Made by a program: the position numbers and the translations under genes. Below are positions 11,411-24,325 of a stretch of DNA of 64,000 nucleotides, piece after piece (the first letter of the stretch is position 1; each line of letters starts with the position of its first letter). Below the pieces are notes generated by a model. The model made no database searches and was not told the origin of the DNA. It saw nothing but the letters and a program-made list of their open reading frames with translations. Location of the stretch: contig JAUCBJ010008373.1 in the NCBI GenBank assembly GCA_032718475.1, positions 6,350 to 70,349 of the forward strand, in the 5' to 3' direction. The DNA is from Nemertoderma westbladi (lineage: Eukaryota; Animalia; Xenacoelomorpha).

Positions 11411-14400
11411 ATGACTGAGTTGATAGAAGATGATCTTGGTATTAGGGAGCGATATACTCTACCTTTACAAGCGTTTGTTGATAGCTTGATACGCGGCGAC
11501 GCTAGTCCAACTACTACGGAGGACGATGGTCGTTATATCGAACCGCCAATGTCCCAGGAGCAACTCACTCGTGAATTGGACTATAGAAAATTCACAGCTC
11601 GCTATACACATCGTAATGGTACGTATATGGACTTCTTAACTACCGGCCATCCTATCGATTTACACGATACGGACGATGTAGACACCGAAAGGGAAATGGT
11701 TTTATTTAAATATCATACCCAGCGGAGTCGGAACGATAAACCGAGAATAGAACATGAGAATTCTATTCGGAACCGACTCGAAAGAGAAGACGTTGAAGAG
11801 CCGGATAAACGCAGCGACTTCAACGATTATCTGGAATTCGTGAGAGAAACATATCTCAATATTGCCAGTCAACAATATTTAGAAACTCGATATCCTCAAG
11901 GTATACATCATGACCCTATGATAGAACTCAAACGGCTCTATTTCACTATGATGTATCTTACCGCCGATCGACCGCTACCTGTCGTCCCAGATAGCTTCGA
12001 ACAGATGGAGGAATATTGTAAAACTGGAGAACGATCACCCGCGTTTCCCCTGCAGGACGTGCGTCTTTGGTATTACTGCGACGAATGCCCTAGACCCAAT
12101 CAGCAAACGGAAAGACATAAACTTCCGCGGAGATGTTGCGCTAAACACAGTTTTACACGATATACTTATGGGAGTTTCGAGCGAAACCTGTTCGATGTAT
12201 CACCTACGCTTGCTCGACTCAAACGATCCTTAAATAAACCAATGATCAGAGTTCCGGAATACTCGGTCAGACCTCCTCATTCCTTAGTGAGACCTCAAAC
12301 GCTTGATCCTAATAGTATAACGGATCCCCCTGAACTGTACTCACTATTTAAAGATCTTGTGTTACCCGAACAGTTAATCGGTGGCACTCCGGTAGTAGGC
12401 TCGCTAGATATTCGCCCTTCCTACCTAGCCGGATTGGGACGCGGGCATCTAATATCGCCGTTCAACCCGTACAATCGTCCCGGTTTAACCCCGATACAAC
12501 CCGTTACCGAAGTCGAGGAGAGCGTTGTACGAAACGCGTTAGACGCTATTCAGCAGAAGATCGGAAAAGGAACTTACGATTGTTTAGAGAAACGCAAATT
12601 GCAGCAACAAGTCCAAGCGGTGAAAGAATTAGCTTTACCCCAGTTAGATCGAGAAATCCAGAACCTCGAGGAAGACATCGAACGTGGACGAACCTATTCT
12701 CTGCAAGAGTTCTTAGACGAGCGTTTACAACAACAAGCGGAGGAAAATCAGCTCAAGGAGAAACACATAGAAATGGATGAGAGAGAAGAAGCAGCTTTAG
12801 CCCAGCCAGAAGCTCAAATCCTTATGACTGATTTATATTCTAAAACCATCATCCATCCTTCGATGGTTCCCCATTTCGGAGACAAACTCTTCGCCACGGC
12901 ACAACCTCAACCGGTTGATATCAACCTAAGATCTCGAGATCTTATCGCTGACGCTCCTATGTTGCAACGTCTGCCAATCGAGGCCGCTCGTGTCGACGGT
13001 ATACTCGTTGAACCTCCGGACAATAGAGCGGATCTTGTCCGTCGTATGGTACACGAGGTCAACATATGCGCTAGACCTTTACCGAACTCATTTTATGGAA
13101 TCAAAGATCCCCCTTATTATGTCAATCTAACTCAATATTATATGGTAAAACCGGAAGATCCTACACATAGTCTAAGGTTTCTACCACTAATAAATCCTCT
13201 CGATCTTGTCGAACTCGAACAACTGCAGAAACATCTGGATCAGTTAGTGAAAGTAAACTCATTCCGAAAACCCTACAATGTTTCCAGAATAGAGAAAGAT
13301 ACAATACCTCCGTATAATCTCGATGGATTTATCAAAACTCGATTAGTCCACTGGAATCTCGACGTGTTATTCGAGGAGGAAAGAATACAACGATATGGAG
13401 ATGTAGAAACATATACTTCACAGTATTTGAAGTATAGAGATCTACCTAATGCTAGCGAATGCGCCACCTTGTGGCATCCAGTGGGAATGACTCTAGAAAA
13501 TGCCACTAAAGAGTGGAACGAGACTCTTAATGTTATCGAGATGTATGGAGTTGTCACTTACGATAACGAAGGCAGCGTTCCGGTTGGAGAACTGGGGACT
13601 ACGCGCATGATACATATACGAGGACCAGCTGGTTCCACCCACGTATTTACTCGAGCGTGTTCCGATGTGATTGATTATTCTTTTGAGACTCTAACCTTAG
13701 ATACAAAAGAAACTCCGACATGGACAATTCGAACTCGCGCAGCGTTACGTCACTGACACCGAGCGCAAACCGGCCATGGGTATCGATGGATCGATGTTAC
13801 CTCAGCCCGTGCTCGAGATGTTGTTTAACGAAAGCATCCTTAAAATCGGCTCAGCTGTTTATGGAGTTCTCCAAAACGACTTTAGGAACATGGAGAATAT
13901 CCCATATCCTTTCGTAGATACTCAGCTGATTGCTCCCTGGGCAGAAGGCCGAGGTTTCTTCCGAACTATGTATGCCAATACACCCAGCGGCATCACTAAA
14001 GTACAACGAACCTCCATCGGACATCTTGCCTTTCGAGAATATGGATGGAATTTCAAGGTTGGAAATCCTATCAACTACCAACAAGTATATAGAGATCATT
14101 ATTCTCGATTATACTTTGACGGACACTTGACCGCACCTGGTGCAGTGTATAGCTTTATGAGTGTTCCACTTCGTCCCTCCTTAGCTATATACACGATCTT
14201 TGAAAACGCCGCACTTGCCGGTTGGCTAGCCGATGTGTGCAGTCGTACTATACGCGCCCATCCCTTAATACTTGGAACCAAACTCACCAAGCTAGATGAA
14301 CACAATAAATTAATCCGCTTTGAATGTTTCAGGCGCTTTCTGACTCCGTTCCGTAACGTTGATAGTCAGTTCAAGGACCGCGCTCTGACTAAGCTCAGCC

Positions 14401-15665
14401 TAAGAGACTCAGCTGCTGAGAAGTTAGACAGCGCTGGATTCGCCATTGTCAAGGACGTTTGTATACAGAACTTACATTCCTCTGTTATACAAAGACCCCG
14501 AATACCCACGGGTTATTCTATCGTGGAAGTTCAGACAATGGGTTCACTTGAGGAGACAGCCGCACCTACATCAGCTATGCAATTGGAAGACGAACCAATA
14601 TGCTTAGAATCTGAGGAGATTCAGCCTACAGCGCCCCGGAGCAGCGACAACGACTACGTCTTGGAATGGTATCAAGGTCCACAATGTCTCACCGCATACG
14701 ATTATCGGCACGCCAACTATGTTTCTCGAAAACGTTGCCGATTATGCGCATCGAGAGATCATTTCACCCCCATGGACTCAGACGTACCCTGCTCCTATTT
14801 CCATGAACAACCGATGATGGAGATCTATTGTGCATATTGCAGATTCAATAACTTGCACATTTTCGCAGTCTGCCCCCAATTTATGACTCAATGCCATCAT
14901 CGTCAACTTAAATGACATGCCAGTTTTGATTGCCCTTTTAACCGCGATCTAGAGAGCGTAGATGAGATGATTACCCTGCGCTACATCAGAGCTTGGGAAG
15001 CGAATGCGGATTTACATTGTGAGTCACACCATCGCTATTACCCTGGACGCGCCTACGAAGGAGTTTACGCGTTCCATCCTTATCTATTCGCGTCTGTTGA
15101 ACAAAAATCACGCACACCGAGTTACGAACTAATGAAGCGTGTTGGTGAGTGTATTTCCACCAAATTTGTTCGTAAATATCTCAGGAACATCAATCCTAAC
15201 GATATTAATTCATACAACTTGATCACTTTCATCCGTCAAGACCCGGAGTATGGCGATTTGTTTATCAACTCGCATCCAGAGTTACAGGAAGTACATCGAC
15301 GGCCCTACGAATATCGAGCCCGAGAATGCGAGTTAGAAAGAACCATTAAACCGAGGAAGTTTCTCACCACTCACGGTCCACCTACCGCTATTGTTCAGAC
15401 GACTCGTCAGGGACCAGTAGGAGCTGCTGTCCTAAAACGCGCTCTAAAAGCCGTTAGACCTCGCTCCACTGAGGTTGATATCGATCAACCAGGTACCTCT
15501 ACCAGTGGATACACCGACCGTAATCCCAAACCTTCCGATGCAATTGTATTGCACCCTTCATCCAGGAGTTATAGCCCTCCTAGTAAAGTGGCTCGCCCCA
15601 AAGAGAAAAGGACTCTTGCTAGCCTCAAAAAACTGCGTAAACGCCGTCCTCGCAAGAAAGACTAA
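11411..15665 (+). pseudogene. Accessory retrotransposon ORF (~1,400 aa reconstructed): unknown N-terminal region with coiled coil, DEDDy 3'-5' exonuclease-like domain, three CCHC-like knuckles, basic C-terminal tail
   Basis: ORFs 11411-13756, 13776-14915 and 14967-15665. The frame of the second is open from 13701, so one frameshift joins it to the first. The second and third are in frame across a single TGA at 14913. Motifs: VVTYDNEG, LPQPVLEMLFNESILKIGS, FVDTQLIA, SIGHLA, AIYTIFE. Knuckles: CRLC..H..C, CAYC..H..C, CHHR..(*)H..C. Tail KKLRKRRPRKKD. Confidence 0.7.
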
Positions 15666-15731
15666 CTGTTTAGAGTATTCTTATATTTTAGAAACTGTGA
15701 TTTTTTATATTTTATAGAATTAAATCCCATT

Positions 15732-15743
15732 TTCTGGGAGCGG
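15732..15743 (+). promoter_or_regulatory. Polypurine-tract-like motif before the candidate LTR
   Basis: TTCTGGGAGCGG immediately followed by TGT. Confidence 0.55.
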
Positions 15744-16400
15744 TGTAAAGGCTTTTGCGGATTTAGCTGGTTATTTTCCCCGCAAAGTACTCTGTAGGTG
15801 TTTTAGCGGACATAAAAAGCCGTTTCCTTACTGTACAGGTGTTTTAGTGGACATAAAAAGCCATTTCTTCTGTATGTGTACTTTAGCGGACATAACTAGC
15901 AATTTTATGCTGCAATGCACCAAAATACTCTTAATACAGTGTAGTTCAGATGACGACATCTATCAGCTGAGATGTCGACGTGTAGCTTTTGGCTTTCTTT
16001 GTTCAGGCTCAATCACTCGACCAATCAGAGCGATTTTCTTTTTATTTGTACAGAAGCCTCCGGGAAATCGTGCAATGCATTATGGTTTATGTTTACCTTT
16101 TTTCCTAAGCCCAGAACACCGGCTGTGGAATGATTCTGTGTTTCAGACTTTAGCCAAACATTAGAACGGCTTTGATCATAGAAACGTATAACTGTTATCG
16201 CAACAAACCAATCCAAACCAAATCTGCATATCACAAACTGCTCATATTGTCACATACAAACACTGCATTATTTTTACTGCTATTTACTGTCGGTTATTAA
16301 TTGTATCAGTTGATGGAATATTGTTATATTTGGAGAATATCGATAAATAATCAGAAAACCCCAATCTTCTTGATATACTGAAGGTTAGAGACCGGTTACA
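15744..16400 (+). repeat. Candidate 3' LTR (657 bp)
   Basis: Starts TGTAA right after the PPT-like motif and ends TTACA (5-bp terminal inverted repeat). Internal TTTAG(C/T)GGACATAA occurs three times. Followed by TATAG, the candidate TSD. No partner LTR in the window. Confidence 0.65.
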
Positions 16401-18236
16401 TATAGCAATTGCGACTTACATTAAAGTGGTTTTGGAGTGAATTGAATGCTATTTCATAGACCCTACATGTGTCAGTGGCTGTTCTCCTTATATATGATTA
16501 AAATTAGTGAAGGTCGGCAGATCGGTGTGCAGCATTGTGCAGTAGTGTGCATGAGTGTGATAGATAACAAAGCATCTCCTAAAGAATGCGCTTTATACGT
16601 GAATCATTAGCCATCCCATTGTGTTTAGTGTAAGTCATAACTCTGTTTACATACTTAGAGCGCCACGTCCTAAAGGAACTGTTAATATTTCCTGAAAGTG
16701 AATAATATTTGTCAGAGATTATATATTAACAATCAATCGAATAATACAGTAGGCCTACACCGCAATAAGGTCAGAGCATCCGAATCCAGTCTCCCTTAAC
16801 CGTGGGTGAATGGTCGCGCATAGGCTGGCTTCGGCTAATGTAGCTTTATGTGTATCAAATACTTGTGATAGGCTAAAGTCGATTTATAACCTAGAAGACA
16901 CCTAAATTTGGCAGGTTAAACTGCTAAAGGTCTAAAAGCGCGAACACTTGCCGATCAGTTTATTGCTTTACCTAGTTAAGAGGCATACGCCTTAATTAAA
17001 CTCCCATATTATCATAGCAACTGGAGTTTTCTAGAACTGTTGAGTTTTACATTAAGATCCGGTTTGTGGTTCCAGGTGACACATATCGACTTCAAGAAAG
17101 GTTCATTGAGTAGTTCATGTCCAAAATTAAATATTTATTCGTTAAAACGTGTTTAATAAACTTCGGCATCCAGTTTCCTCTTAACATCCTCCGAACTCTA
17201 TATTTTACGCTAATTTAACCTTACCAGCTTATCAACTACGGTATAATACAGTACTATGGGGTAGCTCCAACACTTACTGTATATTTAAACCACTGCGCAC
17301 TGTAGTTAACAAACTAATTCGTTGTATTACAATTTCACACTACCGGGCATCCTCATTACCCCATATCCCGTTCACAAAAAAACAACTTAAAATTCTTCTT
17401 TTTTCCATATAAAAAGTGGCGCCTGTAAGTGTGATAGAGCCAAGCAGTTAATTAAGTTCATTACGATAAAAAACAGCATTTTCTGCAGCCTTTTAATGGA
17501 TATTAATTACAGTATTTTCTAGTATAAGATTTAAATAATAATACTTAAAAATAATACAGCTGTAATCCCCATGGCCCATACCGGCATAACCCATACCCGT
17601 TGTCAAGCTGTCAAGTGATTTCCTTTAAGAAATTAGTTTTTTATTGATGATAAACGTAAATTACCTTATTAAAATTCCCCGTCTCTCCACACCCTATACT
17701 TCCAGCTGCCCCATTCCATGGCGTGCTTGCTATTACACGTTGTGGGGTCTTCGAGCAGCACGTGTTCAAATGTTCAATGACTGAACAGCGACTAATTAAT
17801 AAAATTAATGAGAGATTCATTGACCAGCTACCGACAGACCAATATTGTGACATATATTTTAGTTTAATGTTTGATTCAATTAGAGGCACAAACTAAAAAG
17901 GCTACAAATATATAGGGTTGAATAATTAAATTAGTCACCCATTAAAAGGTAGCCAAATATAAGTTGCAATCTATATAAATTTTTTAAATTCAGTAGTGTG
18001 CGTGTGTTGTGTATTGATTCCGTAGATTTCATGTTGAAATAGCGTTCATTAATTTAATTTCTATTTAATTATTCAGGCATAATAATACACACATTAAATT
18101 AGTTCGTGTGTGTTAAGTGTGTAAGATTTGATTGTTTCGTCACGAAACCATTAGGTCACAGTAACTGACGAATTCTTCGCGAATTTCGCAAACGTCGCAA
18201 ACTTCGGGAATTTGTTCTACAATTTTGACTCCTTAA

Positions 18237-18586
18237 GCAAAAGGGTCCCGAATGAGTTTTTTAACCTTTATTTTTTTGTGATTTTGAGTGCTTTTTTATA
18301 TTAGTGAATGTTCTAGAACCTTAGTATTTTTTACTAGCTAGTAATTTTTGGAAATTATTTTGGTTATTAATATATTCTTCAACAGTTTAACCTGAAATAT
18401 CATGGACTTTCACATTTTTTATAATTTCAAAAAATACTAGCTAGCAAAAAAACACTAGCTATCATAAAAAACATATCTACTAATGTTGTAGAACTTTCAC
18501 CAATACCAAAAAATTTTAAAAACTCTAAAAAAGGATTGGTGAAAAATGGCTGGGGTGTCGACAGGGCGAAGTAGGGACCGTGTTGC
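18237..18586. mobile_element. MITE with TTAA target duplication
   Basis: TTAA-GCAAAAGGGTCCC ... GGGACCGTGTTGC-TTAA. Interior has an inverted T-rich/A-rich composition. Confidence 0.6.
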
Positions 18587-18834
18587 TTAACCCCTTAGAG
18601 CCTAATGACGTCCACTGCACGTCACCATGGACAGCACGAAGACGTGCAGTGGACGTCATGCTGGAATACATGTTTTATTGGAAGGCTCTTGGAGTAGGTA
18701 TACTGGTGGATAGTATTAATGACATTTATTGCTCTTCATGGCAAAAAATCCACTCTGTACTGTAGATAGGCTGTATTGTAGACTGTATTATTAGTGTTAG
18801 GTATATGGCGTAATGCCAACCACAGTACAGTAGT

Positions 18835-19380
18835 TCAGACTGACAGAGAGACCGACAGACAGACAGACTCGATTTATGTAAACGTGTAAACTGACATCAG
18901 AAATGAAATCAGCAACCCTTAAAACCCCCATAGCGAAAATGTTGGTTAGTTAGTATACTTTCTTAAGTTTTCACAGACTGACTGACAGAAAGACCGACAG
19001 CCAGACAGACTAGATTTTTTTTTAAACGTGAAAACTGACATCTAAAATAAAATCAGCATCCATTAAAACCCCCATAACGAGAATGTTAGTTAGTTTGTAT
19101 TCTTTTTTAAGTTTTGACAGACTGACTGACTGACAGAAAGACCGACAAACAGACAGACTAGATTTATGTAAACCTGAAAACTGACATCAGAAATGAAATC
19201 AGCACCCCTTAAAACTCCCATAGCGAGGATGTTAGTTAATTTGAATTATCTTTTTTAAGTTTTGACAGACTGACTGACAGAATGACCGACAGACAGACAG
19301 ACTAGATTTATGTAAACGTGAAAACTGACATCAGAAATGTAATCAGCACTCCTTAAAACCCCCATAGCGAGAATGTTAGC
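18835..19380. repeat. ~140-bp tandem repeat, 4 copies, with (CAGA)n/(GACT)n cores
   Basis: GACCGACAGACAGACAGACTAGATTTATGTAAACGTGAAAACTGACATCAGAAATG...TTAAAACCCCCATAGCG repeats at ~18850, 18990, 19140 and 19285. Confidence 0.9.
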
Positions 19381-20369
19381 GACAAGTTTTTATTATTAAC
19401 CATATTTCGTAAGATATATTTTAAAACATTTATTTATTAATAATGCAATAACTGAATAACCAGATAACGGAAAGACAAACCGAATTGAAACTTTTAATTA
19501 CTAATAATAATAATTGTGGTGAGAGGTGATGGAAATCAAGAATATATGTTATGTTATGGAGCACGCGTTGGTAGGCACAGGCAAATGAATTGATGTCTGT
19601 TGAGATGTATTGAAGGAGCACTATTGCTTCTACTTGACTACTATGTCCTTGTGTACTAGCTTAGGCACTGGCTTGGTCAAAGACTTTAGCTTGCAGTAAT
19701 GTAAAACTTCAAGAAATATTATTGGGCACGGCTGTCCTTGCCATGCCTTAGGCTCTATGGGGGAGAATGGAATCAGTGTATGAATTTACAATGTTAATTA
19801 TGTTTAAATCAATTAAAAATACATTTATTAACGCAAATCACTTGGAAAAAATAAAAAACTATAATGGGATGGGGTACATGGATTCCAGATATCTAATTTC
19901 TGTGCAAAATAACTTTAATCGTATGGTGCTAAACAATTAATTTCCATGGAGAGATCGTTCAAAATGACTCAACCATACAATTTAGCTGAAGATATTAACT
20001 TCGATTATGGCTTCCGACATTTATGGCTTCCGACACACACACACACACACACACACAGACTTTTGAGAAACGGCCATAGTATAATTATATCAGTTCGCTG
20101 ATGGCTCGCCATACGTGTCTCGCCCCACATAGCTTGGTAGTGGGAACCAGTCCCACCTCACCACTATTCAAGCAAAGTTTAATTACATCTATATGACAAG
20201 CATCTGTGTAAGGAAATGAGCCAGACTAATAAGACAGACTCTTGCTTATTGTTTATCTTGCAAATTGATTGGCTGATTATTTAATCGTGATTTTTAAGAA
20301 AAATTTGCCATATAATTTCGTCGAGGTTATGGTAAATTAATACCGTAATTCAGTATCATTACTGGCTCC

Positions 20370-21130
20370 AAGCCATTCCATCCGAGAGTCTAGTCCTACA
20401 CTTCCTAGACAAGGAATTCAGGCTCTCCTTGGAGTATTGGCTTGGCGTCCACATGACTTCAGGACCTTCACCCTGCCCGCCCAAGGCCATCTGAACAATT
20501 ATAGATGTTATTTAGATGGCATTGACACTGCCCCACCTGCTCCACCCCTGCAGACGCCTTTTGGGGACCACCACGTTGGCTGTGGCGGCGAGGGAGTCAG
20601 GGTCACCCGCCATGACTCTGACTCGCTCCGGACTGCTGCATGTATCTTCCAATCAGCTCAATCTGATGCTCTAGCGCCCCGGAGTGAAGTCCCTGGTTTG
20701 ATATCTGGCTCACGTAGTCGCTCTACTGATGTGTACCTCCCAAATTGGAAGAGGGGTCAACTCATGGCCCTGGACGTCACCGTTATCTCCCCTCCCCAAT
20801 CCCGAACCATCTCACAAGCCGCCACCACAGCTGAACATGCACTCTCCATTGCCCGGGAGCGAAAACTCGCTGCTCACTTGGAGGAGTATCGCAATTCAGT
20901 TGTGTGATTCACCCCCCTTGTGATGGAAGCTCTGGGACGATGGGATCCCACTCCAATGCCATCATTCAGGAAATCGCGAGTCTGCAGAGCCTGCGCTGTG
21001 GCATTCCCGTGTCCGATTCAGTCAACCACTTACAGTATTTGAACGCCTGTCTGTGTCCTTGTGGCGTGGGAATGCCGCAATGTGGCTCCGCAGAAGCCCA
21101 GTTTTCCCTCCCTTTGTGGATGGGATCCAG
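20370..21130 (+). mobile_element. Degenerate 3' fragment of an RLE-bearing non-LTR retrotransposon (CRE-like)
   Basis: FGDHHVGCGGEG-VRVTRHD knuckle remnant, then RSTDVYLPNWKRGQLMALDVTVISP (R-P-x-D...LDVTV restriction-like endonuclease pattern). Frameshifted downstream. Confidence 0.7.
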
Positions 21131-21650
21131 TGAGGTGGGCCCCCCGGCCATTCAGACACCTACTGGGATCCATCCACAGAGCAATCTAAGTAAAGTACAA
21201 TACTTTAATTTTAGATTAGGTGCATGCCCAAACTTACTTACTTCGTTAATTTTGTTAATTTGTTTTATCTTTAAGGAATAATAACAATAACAATTTAATT
21301 AGCTGGGTTATCAATACTATCGGCATAAGGTAGAGTTTTAATATTTCTTACAAATTGGGTCGCCTCTTTTTTTCTTTAAAAAAACATATTTCTTTTAATG
21401 GAGTAATACGTGCCTTTCATCAATCTTCTGTGCGCCTTTGGGTTAGGGTGGTGCAAAGTAAGAGGGGGGTTGAAGAAGGGGAGTAACTTTCCCCTCTCCT
21501 TTGCTAAAATACACTAGACAGCTAGAGGGAAAAATACACTGGAAGTGAGGATACAGTAGGTAAATTTACAGATTTATAGCCGCGGCTGGATTTGCACACA
21601 GTGAAAATTGATAATTGCAGTGGTGAATTTTCACTGGAGGGGGTTAACAT

Positions 21651-22745
21651 AGGCTACCAATTAAAGTCATCCCAAAATTGATGAAAATTTCACCAAAAAA
21701 ATTATTTTATACCAAATTAAATAATGTGACCCCAAAAAAATTATTCAACACCAAATAAAATAAAGTCACCCCAAATAAAATTATTCAAACACCAAAATAA
21801 ATTTTTCAAAACCCAAAAAAATTATTCAATACCAAAACAATTATTCAATACCAAAGTAAATAAATGCTCCCCAAAACCAATTATTAACACCAAAATAAAT
21901 GACAAAACCCCCAAAAAATTACAAATTTTCCCAAAACAAATACATTTTCCCCCAAAACAAATACATTTTAGCCCAAAATAAATACATTTTCCCCCAAAAC
22001 AAATACATTTCCCCCCAAAACACTACTACTATTAGGATCGGCATGCTGCATTGCAGCTGCATTTTTAACAATGCTGTGCCGGATTATCGACAAAATTGCA
22101 CCGCCACAACTCCCTATCACCCATGACATTTGCTAGATCATCCGAATCTTCAAGGCCAGTGTCCTTTAAGATGCGCCTCAAGAAAGTCATGGGCTGCCCA
22201 CCATGCTTATTCACTCCATGAGGCTGCCAAAGTACAAGATTATGCACTGGCTGGTCCTCACGGCGAAAGCAATGTCCTGCAAAGCGGAGGCGATTTTGTT
22301 CTAGTGTCAAGCTTGGGGGAACCAATGAGACACCTCCAATGTTATACAGTATAGTGTCTCGTTGGAGATGTGTGCATTGTACTTGACACAATGAACCCGG
22401 CATAGCATTCTTGTGAATGTGCCATCCAGAGATTTGGTGTCCTCAGAAGTTAGAGCCCAGCATGGACTCCCATAGAGGAGTACTGGAACTACTGCTGCTC
22501 TAAATAATCGGACCTTAAGTTTCCAATTAATTCTCGGTGACTTCCAAATCCTGGAAAGCCTATTCAAGGCTGCCCATACCTTTCCCTTACGTATTCGAAG
22601 GTCCTCACCTGACTTCCGGATCCATGATCAAACAAATACATTTTAACCCAAAATAAATACATTTTCCTCCAAAACAAATACATTTTGCCCCAAAATAAAT
22701 ACATTTTAGCCCAAAATAAATACATTTTCCCCCAAAACAAATACT
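21651..22745 (+). repeat. ~21-bp A/C-rich degenerate tandem array (CCCCAAAACAAATACATTTT) interrupted by an RTE fragment
   Basis: Units present at 21700-22020 and resuming at 22630-22745. Confidence 0.8.
22022..22625 (-). mobile_element. 5'-truncated RTE-like LINE 3' fragment with (AGT)n tail
   Basis: Minus-strand RLSRIWKS..KVRLFRAAVVPVLLYGS..W and RLRFAGHCFRRED..VLWQP, typical RTE C-terminus. Ends in GCATGCCGATCC-TAATAGTAGTAGT. A near-identical copy lies at 63757-64000. Confidence 0.85.
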
Positions 22746-23239
22746 ATACTACTGCAGCAATAGGCCTCGCACTTCCTGGAAGTTATACAAAAACTTCAGT
22801 ACTGCCGTAAGGCAGTGATTTTTTATGTCCTTTTATTTGACTTTTTTGTCCTCATTTTTTTAAGAATTGTGCATAATGACTTTTGTTGTCCCTTTAATGA
22901 CTTTTGTTGTCCTTTAATGACTTTTTATGTATGTAATTCTTCAAACTGTCAGACTGCTGATTTCTGGACTGTCAGACAGTTGATTTCAACATACTGTACC
23001 TATGCCAAAACATTCAAAAATTGTTGATTTCTGGTCTGTCGGACAGTTGGTTTCACTATGCCTGTGCCAAAACATTCAAAATTCCATGATTTATAGACTA
23101 TGAGATAGATTTCCATATGCGCCTGTGGTAAAAGATTCTAAATTTAATAGTTTGTGGTTGTTATCGATAATCGATTACCACATGACGTAGCAAAACACTC
23201 ATTTTATAGCCAAAAACAATTACCAATTGATGGAAAGGA

Positions 23240-23815
23240 GCAGGTTAAGGCCGGATTTTCTAACCAAAACAATAAACAGTCACTTTACCAAATGAAGGAA
23301 AGGAGCAGGTTACTGAGGCTAGCCTTTCTAACCAAAACAATAAACGGTCACTTTACCAAATCAGGGAAAGGAGCAGGTTACAGAGGCGGGATTTTCTAAC
23401 CAAAACAACCGGTCAGTCGATAGACCTACCATTACCGTATTTAAATGGTAGGCTACACAGTGTAGGCCTACAGCAGTACCGGTGCCGGTACTAAAATACC
23501 TGCTTTATATTAACGTAAATTAACGTTAAATTAACGTCAAAATGTTTGCAGGGTATACCTACATCTGTACATACAATACAGCAATACTGCAAAATACTGT
23601 AGTGCTCTATATACTAATACCGGTTCTGATAGCCTGAGAGAACAGCAGTAGAGAATCCGGTAGCATGGAATCTAACGGTGAATTTCTGGAGGACATAAAA
23701 AGTAAAAAAAAACTAATACCGGTACTGATAGCCTGAGAGAACAGCAGTAGAGAAACCGGTAGCATGGAACCTAACGGTAAATTTCCGAGGACATAAAAAG
23801 TAAAAAAAAAGGACC
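23240..23815 (+). repeat. Local direct repeats: ~57-bp x3 (23240-23408) and ~108-bp x2 (23614-23810)
   Basis: GGAAAGGAGCAGGTTA...TTTCTAACCAAAACAA three times. CTAATACCGGT.CTGATAGCCTGAGAGAACAGCAGTAGAG...GGACATAAAAAGTAAAAAAAA twice. Confidence 0.85.
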
Positions 23816-24325
23816 ATGAGCGATTTTAAACGGACAATAAAAGTTATTGCGCTGCCGTAATACTGAAATCTAATAACAGAATAAGTACAGGCCATAGGCA
23901 ATAATAGATAGGCAATAAAATAGGCCTAGGTGCACTGAAACGGAAGAAGGCATAACTGTAGGTATACTGTACATCTGTGCAAGCAGCTATTGGTGGCAGT
24001 GGGGAGATACCGTAATAGACCGCAATCATGTGCACTACTTGAGTTAGTTGTTTGTAACACCGTATAGTTCCATTGGGTAAAGCATCAACCCACGCAGCCG
24101 ACACCATGGTCCATCATAAGAGGTGATGAGGCATGAGGAGCAAGTTGTAATCCACCACGAGTTAGGGCTTGGGTAAATAAATATATTATCCTCCTCTAAA
24201 ATATCACCTGTGATGTCTAACTCAGGGATTACCTTTACCAGGGCAGGAATCCTGCAACGTAAGTTGCTTCTTTGACAAAAGTGAAACCTGTATATTCGTC
24301 GTTATGGAATAAGAAAAGCAATAGG

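Larger units (their letters stand above)
1..16400 (+). mobile_element. Large BEL/Pao LTR retrotransposon, 5' end outside the window, apparently carrying an extra ORF between pol and the 3' LTR
   Basis: BEL/Pao gag-pol motifs at 36-7628. Same-strand extra ORFs at 11411-15665. PPT-like TTCTGGGAGCGG then TGTAA at 15744 and TTACA ending at 16400. That everything belongs to one element is inferred because the 5' LTR is not visible. Confidence 0.7.

Noticed and set aside
11411-15665. env gene
   Set aside because: No signal peptide, fusion peptide or TM anchor. The protein ends in a basic tail.
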